The notes below the pieces were generated by a model. The model was not told the origin of the DNA and ran no database searches. It worked only from the letters and a program-made list of their open reading frames with translations. DNA of 22,670 bases, filler included, from an uncultured virus (IMG/VR IMGVR_UViG_2061766007_000649) (taxonomy: Duplodnaviria > Heunggongvirae > Uroviricota > Caudoviricetes > Crassvirales). It is 2 parts of one record of this genome, joined end to end, with 100 filler letters (N's around TTAATTAATTAA, not from the genome) between each part and the next. Parts side by side here need not be neighbours in the genome. Positions count along the whole stretch, not along the records: positions 1,283 to 22,670 come from IMGVR_UViG_2061766007_000649; 1 more part is not named here. One strand, given 5' to 3'. Positions 10,406 to 19,097 of the stretch are shown here, one piece after another. A program made the translations under genes and the position numbers. Positions within the stretch are counted from its first letter, which is position 1; each line of letters begins with the position of its first letter.

Positions 10406-11011
10406 TTAGTCAACAAACTCGAACATCTTGTCAATGTCCTCATCGCTGTAAGGACTCTTGACCTTGGGGGCCACATTGCCGTCAAGGATGGCACGAATCT
10501 CATCTGCATCCTCAGCGAAGAGAGTATCATCCTCCTCAAGAATATCAATGAGCTTACGGAGAGCCATCTCCACAGCAGGAGTAGCATTCTCAGCAGCAGC
10601 ACTCTGAGCCTCCTCAACAAGAGACATCAGCTCAGAATTCTTGCACTGAGTGAAATTCTTGCCATAGACAGAGATGCAAGCATCCTTAAGTCCAAGCTCC
10701 TCAACGGCGTCATAAAGAGCCTCACGAGCCTCAGAGAGATTGGCACCACTCTTAATCTTCTTGTTGGGAACAGTGAGCATAAACACCAGCTCATTAGTCA
10801 CAGCACCCTTATAGGGCACATCGTGAGGAAGAATAGAGTCATCAGTGAGAAGCTCAGTGTGGGAGAGCCCCTCATAGAAAGTCATGCCAGCATAGCCAAT
10901 CCCCTGAGCATCAAGGGCAGCCTTCAGCTCACGAAGAGTGGTGGCATCAGTGTTAACAACATACTTGTTCTGGTTCTGGGTAGAAACGATAGTAATATTC
11001 CTAGCTTCCAT
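10406..11011 (-). CDS. Putative ubiquitin-like (beta-grasp) protein precursor with C-terminal extension
   Basis: Residues 1-89 follow a beta-beta-alpha-beta-beta pattern (ITIVS, YVVNT, TTLRELKAAL, MTFYEG, LL.DDSILP, LVFML) ending in KKIKSG89, followed by a helical/acidic extension. First gene of the E2-JAB-E1 run. Confidence 0.65.
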   Translation of the reverse strand: MEARNITIVSTQNQNKYVVNTDATTLRELKAALDAQGIGYAGMTFYEGLSHTELLTDDSILPHDVPYKGAVTNELVFMLTVPNKKIKSGANLSEAREALYDAVEELGLKDACISVYGKNFTQCKNSELMSLVEEAQSAAAENATPAVEMALRKLIDILEEDDTLFAEDADEIRAILDGNVAPKVKSPYSDEDIDKMFEFVD

Positions 11012-12014
11012 AATTGTTAATATTAAAAAGGTTTAAAATGATTTGTTTAAATTTATCTTTGTCTTGAAGAGAGTGGTATAAATCTGAAACATCTTTTCCT
11101 TCCTCAAACTGTGGTAATACTATATTAGTGAATCCAGTCTGTTTACTTAATTTTTTACCGTCGATCAAGCCTGTAGCATCACAGTCAAACAGCACATAGA
11201 TATTTTTGTACCTTCGTTTTAATTCACTAATGGCAGTATTACTCATAGTATATCCTTCTCCCTGAGTAGCAATACAAGGGATACCAGTATTAGACCATAA
11301 ACATAATGCATCTTTTAGTGATGAACATATGCAAAGTCTGTCTCCAAATTCGGGAACTTTAGTCCACAGACTAATGACAGAACTATCGGTGCTAGTACAC
11401 CATTTAAAACCATTTTTATTGAATGGCTGATAAATCTTAATACTGATATTACCTTCCTTCCTCTCTATATATGCATAAGCATATTTATCTGCTCCAAATG
11501 TATACTTTTTACCATTCTTTATGATAAACTTGTGTGAGATTGGATAAACCTCGGCATACTTTAGCCAATCTATACTTATCCCATAGGATTCCCAATACTT
11601 TATATCATGTGGTTTCCAATCTCTGATTTTCACTTCTATCTTAGGATGTGTTTTCTTTGTAATCACAATCTGGGTGCTACCATTACTTACTCTAGTAGAT
11701 GTGCATTTTGTCCCAGAGCTAGCAGTGAAATCCTTGTATACTTTTTCAAGTACTTTACCATAAGGAAGGCGCCACAGTTGAGAGAGAAGATCAAATATTC
11801 CTCCCCTCTCCCCTGTAGCAAAATCTGTATAGTGCACTTTACTTCCATCAAAACTGTATATTCCAAATGATGGTTTCTTATCCTCTCTTAAAGGAGAGTT
11901 TATTACACAAGGAATCTCAGTTATATTTAGATACCGTGCAGCTATATTAGCCTCATTTACTTTTTCAAGTATATCTTCAAGACTAATGGATTCTCTTCCT
12001 TGACTAAAAGACAT
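11001..12014 (-). CDS. DNA primase (TOPRIM, DnaG-like, divergent)
   Basis: SPLREDKKPSF...DFATGERG (CHC2-like domain without Zn ligands), ICSSLKDAL, LFDCDATG (DxD), KDVSD. Confidence 0.85.
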   Translation of the reverse strand: MSFSQGRESISLEDILEKVNEANIAARYLNITEIPCVINSPLREDKKPSFGIYSFDGSKVHYTDFATGERGGIFDLLSQLWRLPYGKVLEKVYKDFTASSGTKCTSTRVSNGSTQIVITKKTHPKIEVKIRDWKPHDIKYWESYGISIDWLKYAEVYPISHKFIIKNGKKYTFGADKYAYAYIERKEGNISIKIYQPFNKNGFKWCTSTDSSVISLWTKVPEFGDRLCICSSLKDALCLWSNTGIPCIATQGEGYTMSNTAISELKRRYKNIYVLFDCDATGLIDGKKLSKQTGFTNIVLPQFEEGKDVSDLYHSLQDKDKFKQIILNLFNINNYGS

Positions 12015-12023
12015 TGTTATTTA

Positions 12024-12876
12024 CTAAAACCAGCCTTTGGGGGCCTCGGTTGCAGCGGGCATATCCTCCACAGGAGTGGCTNNNNNNNNNNNNNNNNNNN
12101 NNNNNNNNNNNNNNNNNNNNNNTCTTACGCTCCTTCACATCAGCATCAAGGCGGCTATAGTCAGAGGTGCCATTGCTGAGAACCTTCTGAGTATAAGCAG
12201 TCTGATACTGCTTGCCGTCATCGGTAGTACGCACACCAAAGAGAATCTTTACCTTATTGTTGGGCTGATAGGACATAATGTCCTTAATCTCCTTGAAGCT
12301 GCCATCAAAGAGTTTATCTGCCTCACCAAGACGGGCCTCACAATCGGCGGGATTGTCAACCATCACCCACTTACCATCAACATACCTCTGCACATTAGGA
12401 ATGGACAGATAGGTCTTGATGAAGTTAGTAAGGTCTTCCTCACCATTATAGACAGGACGATAGTCTGCATCAAGATTGGCAGGACCATTGGCATACTGAG
12501 GAATCTGATGATTCTTGGCTTCCTCTTCTGTAACCCAAGCAGTACGGCCATACTTATCAATTACCTGAATCTTGGTGTGGTCTTTATTAAAGCAATACTC
12601 CTTGCGGATAAAATAGGACACCTTAGTGGTCATATCAATGCCACCACACTTCTCAGCAACAGTCTTGACAATAAAGTCAATACGAGCATAAGGAACTTTC
12701 TTACCCTCAACATCCTGAGTACCAATATATTCAGGAGCCCTATCTAGAGTAGTGTTATAGATTTTCTCAAGCTCCTCTTTAGAAGGATTAACAGCTGCAA
12801 CAGTAACTGGAGCTACGCCAACATACCTCTTGACAACTCCGCCCTCAGTAGATTCCTTTCCAGCAGAAAAGGCCAT
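12024..12876 (-). CDS. Putative single-stranded DNA-binding protein
   Basis: True start MAFSAGKES at 12876; tail ATPVEDMPAATEAPKGWF* is acidic/Pro-rich and ends in aromatic residues; lies between the AAA ATPase and primase; biased codon usage. Confidence 0.55.
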
Positions 12877-12914
12877 ANNNNNNNNNNNNNNNNNNNNNNN
12901 NNNNNNNNNNNNNN

Positions 12915-13117
12915 TGAATAGCCTCGGTTTCTTCATTAACCTCGGGAAGATTGCCCTTATAAGCAAGGCACTGCTCAGAAGTAAACCCACGAGTCATAAC
13001 CTTAATGGGAGTCTCCCAAGCATCAATCTGATTGTTGATGTTAATCAACTCTGCAGCAAGGTCACGCATCTTAGCATTTACTTTCTCACGCTGAGCGCAG
13101 AGTTTCTTTGTGTTCTG
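12915..13117 (-). CDS. Hypothetical coiled-coil protein (both ends masked)
   Basis: Open frame QNTKKLCAQREKVNAKMRDLAAELININNQIDAWETPIKVMTRGFTSEQCL... Confidence 0.6.
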
Positions 13118-13150
13118 NNNNNNNNNNNNNNNNNNNNNNNNNNNNNNNNN

Positions 13151-13394
13151 TTAAAAACTAAAATAAGATTGTTATTTCTGTCAGTAAGTCTTGTTAGATT
13201 AAATTCTATCTCCAACTCTTCCAATATTCTGGGCATAAACATACTTATTAGGGCAGGATTATTAAGTGCATTTAATGCCTCTTGTTTATTTGGCAAGTCT
13301 TTAATCTCACATAAATATTCTAATAAGACTACTGCATCATTTATACTTTTAGACCTAATGAATTTATTTATGGCAGCAATGCAATCTTCCTTGC
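13151..13394 (-). CDS. Hypothetical protein (both ends masked)
   Basis: Open frame KEDCIAAINKFIRSKSINDAVVLLEYLCEIKDLPNKQEAL...LILVF. Confidence 0.55.
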
Positions 13395-13431
13395 NNNNNN
13401 NNNNNNNNNNNNNNNNNNNNNNNNNNNNNNN

Positions 13432-14049
13432 ATGAAGTCTTCAGTGAACATCTCATCAGGAGTCTTTGCAGGAATCTGTATAGTGCCTTCCATAGTTGCG
13501 TGAGTATAGAATCCATAAGTAGGATTTCCTTTCTCATCAAACTTGATAGCAGAATACAGAACCATAGGAACTACTTCAATGGGATTATACTGAGAATCAA
13601 GCAACTGGCCAATGGTACTAACCTTATAGCCAACTGTAGTTTTCTCACTCTGTACTTCTTCACTATGAAGAATCATAAAGACATTAATGTCATCCCGCAT
13701 CTGCTCACAAGTGGAGATAATCTGCTGGAAATGCTGAGCCAGTTCAGTGTATTTAGTATAGNNNNNNNNNNNNNNNNNATTCCTTCCTCATAATATAAAT
13801 ACAATCATCCAGGATTATATTCTTAATATGAGGCTGATTATTACAGGCCTGCAGAAGATTAATCATCTGCTGATAATCTTCCACCCTAAACAGATTCTTC
13901 TTCTCAATGTTATATAGGCTACCACTGCCTTTAAAGGGCAGTTTCTTACCTAAAACATTGACAATCACAGTTTCCTCAGGATTAAGAGTCTTGATACTAG
14001 TAGATTTACCAGTACCACTCTTACCTAAAAGCATTACTACATTTGCCAT
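13432..14049 (-). CDS. AAA_24/Sak4-like P-loop ATPase (putative recombination mediator); stop masked
   Basis: GKSGTGKST Walker A, IILDD Walker B; the continuation has FMILHSE and AKTP..MF. Confidence 0.8.
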
Positions 14050-15184
14050 TAGTTCTTTNNNNNNNNNNNNNNNNNNNNNNNNNNNNNNNNNNNNNNNNNN
14101 NNNNNNNNNNNNNNNNNNNNNNNNNNNNNNNNNNNNNNNNNNNNNNNNNNNNNNNNNNNNNNNNNNNNNNNNNNNNNNNNNNNNNNNNNNNNNNNNNNNN
14201 NNNNNNNNNNNNNNNNNNNNNNNNNNNNNNNNNNNNNNNNNNNNNNNNNNNNNNNNNNNNNNNNNNNNNNNNNNNNNNNNNNNNNNNNNNNNNNNNNNNN
14301 NNNNNNNNNNNNNNNNNNNNNNNNNNNNNNNNNNNNNNNNNNNNNNNNNNNNAATCTCTTTGAGTATACTTACTATCACTTAGTCCAGAACCAGAAGGTC
14401 TAATTCTATTAAGCTTAAAGCTGTCATTGCTTTCATTTTCAGCAGATTGCTGCTGAATAACTATAGGAGTGAAGTTATATCTATTTCTGAGATACTTTGC
14501 CAGATATTCACTTAACTTATCAATGGCCTCTTTCTTACTTAGGCTTCTCTCTTGGTCTATCAGACTGATATGGTCAATCACCACAATTCTATATTCAAAG
14601 GGGTCATTGGCTTCATATCTGTCAAAGACATCGTCTTCATTAAAACTTACAGACTTTTTATATACTGTGCCATTTGCTTCGGCATATTTTCTACATTCAT
14701 AATAGATGCCAGTAGGATTTGAGGTAGGGCTAAATGTAACACACTTCTCAAAGAAATCAATATATTGAGTATATTCTTCGGAGTCTAGTTTATCCAATAC
14801 ATCTTCAGGAACGGGGGAATCGTTCTTGCTACTTCTTAGATTTGCAGGAGAAATTCTTATCCTATCCAATCTATATAGTAACCAACTTTGAAATCTGTTT
14901 AATATTCGCTCATCAGTCTCTTCAAGATTAAAATAAAATATCTTTAATCTCATAATATCTTGATGGCTATATGCAAACAAAATGGCTTCAAATAACAGAT
15001 TTAGAACAAACTGTGTTTTACCCCCCTTAGTGAACGAGGTGAGGGTGTAATATGTCCCTTGTTCTATACCTATAAAATCATTGGAAAACCTAATAAAAGG
15101 AGAGGGAATACTATTAATGTTTCCATTAATTAAGTTCTCTCTCCTTTTTCTCAGGTTATCCATAGTTCTCTCTCTAAGGGTCAT
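14049..15184 (-). CDS. DnaB-like (SF4) replicative helicase; C-terminal part masked (14059-14352)
   Basis: TKGGKTQ Walker A, FNLEE, VVIDHISLI Walker B, IQQQ, LSDSK.TQRD. End inferred from a TAATG overlap at 14047-14051. Confidence 0.85.
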
Positions 15185-15765
15185 CGTACTTCATTTAGCC
15201 AGTCATCATTGTTTACTTCAGTGTCATTCTCCAACCAAGTCGCTAGCTCTGAAATATCTTCTATATATCCATTTCCTTCCTCATCTACTTTCTTTTCAGA
15301 CTTGAGGATAAAATATTTCAGAATACGCATAAAGGTATAATCACCATTGAAGTGAGATATATATCTTTGAGTAGCATCTATGATTTGCTCGTCTGCCCAC
15401 TTATTCCCATAGAGTTTAAAAAATTTCTGCAATCGCAGTGTGATCTCTCTAATATTTCCTCTCCAAGCAGCATTACCACTTTTAATTCCTTTAGGAAATA
15501 ACTGTCTCAGCTGTTCTGCCAGAGCAGCACATCGCTCTTTACTTGGTACAATAGTATCTGACTCCAAAAGAACAGCATCTACCTCGTCATCCCACTTTGG
15601 AGTAGGATAGGGAGTATCATTTAACTTAGAGAGAAGTTCCCTGTTTTGCATATCTGCTATTAACCCATAGATATTATCACAGGATTTACAGACGAGAATA
15701 CAGAGAACTTCTCCTAAAGTTAAATTATGGGCACTACATTTTTCTTCATCAATCACCAATTTCAT
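15181..15765 (-). CDS. Hypothetical protein, possibly replication initiator or helicase-loader associated
   Basis: Likely start MKLVIDEEKC at 15765, which avoids a long overlap with the helicase; coupled to DnaB by ATGA. Function inferred from position only. Confidence 0.65.
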   Translation of the reverse strand: MKLVIDEEKCSAHNLTLGEVLCILVCKSCDNIYGLIADMQNRELLSKLNDTPYPTPKWDDEVDAVLLESDTIVPSKERCAALAEQLRQLFPKGIKSGNAAWRGNIREITLRLQKFFKLYGNKWADEQIIDATQRYISHFNGDYTFMRILKYFILKSEKKVDEEGNGYIEDISELATWLENDTEVNNDDWLNEVR

Positions 15766-16957
15766 ACTCTCTAATGTAGTTTTTGTCAATACTTTCCAGA
15801 GCATTCTGTAGATATTCCTCATCTCTTGTTGCTCTGAAATAAATGATATACTGCTCAGGACTGTCTGCTCTAAGAGTTCTTCCAAACTTCTGAATGAATG
15901 CTCTCTCTTCACCATCAAGTTGAATAATTATTCCTGCTTCAATACCAGTAAGATTTACTCCTTCCTGCAACATACCTACTGCATACAGAGAATTAATCTC
16001 CCCATTATTGAATTTCTGAATAATATTCAGACTGTCTTTCTTTTGAGAATGAACAGAAGTTTCTTGGCTCAACATATCAGCCTGAGCAATGTTGGTACAG
16101 AAACAAATGAGCCGTTTATCCCCTATTTTTTGAAGCAACTGAGTCGCAATTGCAGTTTTCTCAAGTCCTAAGAAGGTCTTTCTCCTTGAACCCCATTGCA
16201 ACCATTTATTTTTGATTGCTTCATTTCTACAGGACATATATCTCTTCTTATAATAGTTGAACTGCTCAGTAATATAATCATATTTCTGCTGCTGAGTACA
16301 ACTAATTATAAGTTCGACATTAGGATACTTATTCTTATTTCTCTTGTACAGCCATCTGTCTTTATAAGCACACTTTATACTAACTCTTCTTGCCTTGTTT
16401 CCCCATTCTTCTACAATAAAATGGTTAACAGTTTTGTTGTCTAAAGTTAAAGGAATCAAATTAATTTTTGGCTCAGGAAGTATATTAGCATTAAATGCAT
16501 CTTGAAGTCCCATTTTAATTACTTTGATAGGACCACAATGGAGCTCAAGTGTGTCAAGCAAAGACTGTTTAAGAGTTGCAGACAGGAACAACATATGAGA
16601 TGCAGTAATTGTGCTGAATATATCAAGCCTCAATTCTGAGCCTAAATGATGTGCCTCATCAAATATAACAACATCCCAACTGGTATGTCTATAATTCTTT
16701 AATGAAGCATAACAAACGGTAGAAACTGGTGCTTTATAAGACCATTTAATCATCTCATCTTCCCAGTTCTTAAAGTGTGCTCTCTCTGCAATTACCAAAA
16801 GAATTCTAAGCTCTTTCTTCTCTCTCTTTGCACACTCTTCACACAGTTCTATTGCTAGTTTTGATTTACCTGTTCCTGTAGCTGCTTGAATAGCAATGTT
16901 ATTATAAGATTTAAGGGCAGTTGTTACTGCCCTTGATAAATCTTCTCTTGAACTCAT
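15749..16957 (-). CDS. Superfamily 2 (DEAH) helicase
   Basis: ATGTGKS, DEAHH, SAT, EGVNL, QKFGRTLR. Confidence 0.92.
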   Translation of the reverse strand: MSSREDLSRAVTTALKSYNNIAIQAATGTGKSKLAIELCEECAKREKKELRILLVIAERAHFKNWEDEMIKWSYKAPVSTVCYASLKNYRHTSWDVVIFDEAHHLGSELRLDIFSTITASHMLFLSATLKQSLLDTLELHCGPIKVIKMGLQDAFNANILPEPKINLIPLTLDNKTVNHFIVEEWGNKARRVSIKCAYKDRWLYKRNKNKYPNVELIISCTQQQKYDYITEQFNYYKKRYMSCRNEAIKNKWLQWGSRRKTFLGLEKTAIATQLLQKIGDKRLICFCTNIAQADMLSQETSVHSQKKDSLNIIQKFNNGEINSLYAVGMLQEGVNLTGIEAGIIIQLDGEERAFIQKFGRTLRADSPEQYIIYFRATRDEEYLQNALESIDKNYIREYEIGD

Positions 16958-17453
16958 AAATATTTAAAATACTTTTTACCTCTCCAAAATATCTTATGAT
17001 ACCAGCGAGTTTTAACTCCACACTGATTTTTGAGATATCTTCTGATGCAGTGTAGTGGGCATATCCATTTGAGTTTTCTATCTATATAAGAAGGAACATT
17101 CATAACAGATAATTCTATTTCTTCATACATATCATCAATAGAAGTTATGTAAGTATCATATATCTGTTCTGACTCTAATCTTGCTTCCTCTNNNNNNNNN
17201 NNNNNNNNNNNNNNNNNNNNNNNNNNNGAGCAATAGCAGAGTTCAGAGTACCATCTAATGATACTTTCTTCCATTGAGTAGTTGCTGTTCTCTTATAACG
17301 ATTTGCCAGTTCCCTCTGGGCTTTAACAAATGTTTCCTGAGTATAATCTATATTTAACCACACAAATAGCTTAGGGTAATATGCTAATGCCCAACTTCTC
17401 AGAAGAGATAGGTCATTGTAGTCCTCCAACCACAATTTATCAATTGCTGCCAT
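16954..17453 (-). CDS. Hypothetical protein
   Basis: Starts MAAIDKLW at 17453 and is merged across the gap with the frame ending at 16954. Confidence 0.7.
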
Positions 17454-18491
17454 TATTNNNNNNNNNNNNNNNNNNNNNNNNNGGTGACATATATTCATAC
17501 CTCACTTTACCAATGAAGTCATCAAGAGTTTTAGCTCCGCAATATGACATTGCAGAACGAAGTGCTGCCTCAAACTTATCAGTGAATTCTTTAAGAGTAG
17601 TATCAACAGATACCATTACTGAGGTGCCCTCAGGATTAGCCTTTACTTTACCAAATCTGTCAAGTTGTCCCTGTTCAGAAGATTGACCATAATACAGATT
17701 TCGTATTCCAGTTTCGGGTGAATCCATTCTCATATGATTTACTTCTTTACAATGAGCAAACACTTTACCCATCATTACATAGTCAGCACCAAGAGCGAGA
17801 CATTTAATAGCCCTACTAGGATTAGTGATACCTCCATCTGCTACAATTTTAGTTTCAACACTTCCAGGAGTTTTCTTTAAAACAGTATTAAGAGAGGTNN
17901 NNNNNNNNNNNNNATCAAACACAGGAACTTTCTTCTTTAATTCCTGTATTCCTTCAAGAATCCAGGGCATACTGGCGTGAATTCCTGTCTGGACAGATGT
18001 GGTACAACCTGAACCCCCTCCAATACCAACTCTCACATAGTCTACTCCTGCCACACAACACTCTAGATAAGTTTCAGGATTGGCAATATTACCAATCATT
18101 ACTACCAGTTTATCCCCATATTCTTTCTTGGCATCCTTGACTATGGAGAACAGTTCTTCCATATTTCCATTAGCACAATCAATGAGAATTTTAAAATGTT
18201 CTTTGGGAACAATCCTAGGAGCTATGTGGTCCCTAAATATCCACTTGAATTCATCAACAGTCATTGCTGTCCAACCAACTAACTCATCTGGAGGAACTTC
18301 TCTGTCTGGACTATTAGCATCTCTGATTGGCCAGATAGGAATAACTTTACTATTATANNNNNNNNNNNNNNNNNNNNNNNNNNNNNNNNNNNNNNNNNNN
18401 NNNNNNNNNNNNNNNNNNNNNNNNNNNNNNNNNNNNNNNNNNNNNNNNNNNNNNNNNNNNNNNNNNNNNNNNNNNNNNNNNNATACATCAT
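17453..18491 (-). CDS. IMP dehydrogenase/GMP reductase family protein
   Basis: GNIA, RVGIGGGSGCTTS catalytic-Cys loop, IVADGGI, ALGADYVMMG, YYGQSS; frame is open upstream to the gap; start MMY at 18491/18488. Confidence 0.9.
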
Positions 18492-18784
18492 ATCTTTAAA
18501 ATACAATCTTTAATAATTCTTTGTGTAAGTAAATAATCTTCCTGTTCAAATTCATCCCAAGGTTCAAACTCCTTAGAATCAATTTTACCAGTAATATCAT
18601 ATAATGTATGTCCTATCTTTGTTGCAAAGTGATTATCAATAGGATTATACATTATAATAGGATTGAATACTGTAAATCTTAATCTAAGAATTACAGCAAA
18701 CCAGTAGCAGCATCCCTCAGTAAAGGTCTCAATTGTACCTTGGTTTTGGAACTGCTTTATGAATTTTAGAATCTCTTTCTTCAT
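18488..18784 (-). CDS. Hypothetical protein with possible Cys-His-Asp (papain/transglutaminase-like) triad
   Basis: GCCYWFA...NHFAT...LYDITG. Confidence 0.65.
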   Translation of the reverse strand: MKKEILKFIKQFQNQGTIETFTEGCCYWFAVILRLRFTVFNPIIMYNPIDNHFATKIGHTLYDITGKIDSKEFEPWDEFEQEDYLLTQRIIKDCILKI

Positions 18785-18911
18785 ACTGTTTAATAAGTTG
18801 ATGCAAATACTTTGCTTCCTCTAATTCATAGTAGGGAACTCCGTCTGCGTCAAACTGCTCTAGTTTACCTAATAAACTTTTAGCAGCAAGGACTAATGAT
18901 TTAATGTTCAT
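18729..18911 (-). CDS. Hypothetical protein
   Basis: 60-aa ORF directly after the tRNA cluster. Confidence 0.55.
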   Translation of the reverse strand: MNIKSLVLAAKSLLGKLEQFDADGVPYYELEEAKYLHQLIKQYEERDSKIHKAVPKPRYN

Positions 18912-18930
18912 AATGTTTTGATTTAATGAT

Positions 18931-19007
18931 TGGTAGTGGAGGTGAGATTTGCACTCACTATTTCGACTTTATAAGAGTCGTGCTCATACTCAATTAGCAT
19001 CTCCACT
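18931..19007 (-). tRNA. tRNA-Ile(UAU) with encoded CCA
   Basis: AGTGGAG/CTCCACT acceptor stem, CGACT-CTTATAA-AGTCG anticodon arm, GTGAG-TGCAAAT-CTCAC T arm, ACCA end. Confidence 0.85.
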
Positions 19008-19011
19008 ATTG

Positions 19012-19093
19012 TGGGCTACCTCAGACTCGAACTGAGACGCTTCTAAAGCACAAGTTCCTAAGACTTGCGTGTCTACCATTTCACCAGTAACCC
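19012..19093 (-). tRNA. tRNA-Leu(UAG)
   Basis: GGGTTAC/GTAGCCC acceptor stem, CAAGT-CTTAGGA-ACTTG anticodon arm, long variable arm, CTCAG-TTCGAGT-CTGAG T arm, discriminator A. Confidence 0.93.
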
Positions 19094-19097
19094 AAAG

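Noticed and set aside
12037..13435. Long plus-strand ORFs (12037-12747, 12830-13435) and other plus-strand ORFs
   Set aside because: Antisense shadows of codon-biased minus-strand genes, or inflated by N runs; no recognisable motifs.
19012..19093. tRNA with TAG anticodon as an amber suppressor or sign of genetic recoding
   Set aside because: Anticodon UAG reads CUA (Leu). Long genes are open in code 11, and TAG and TGA serve as normal stops (e.g. 12024, 15181).
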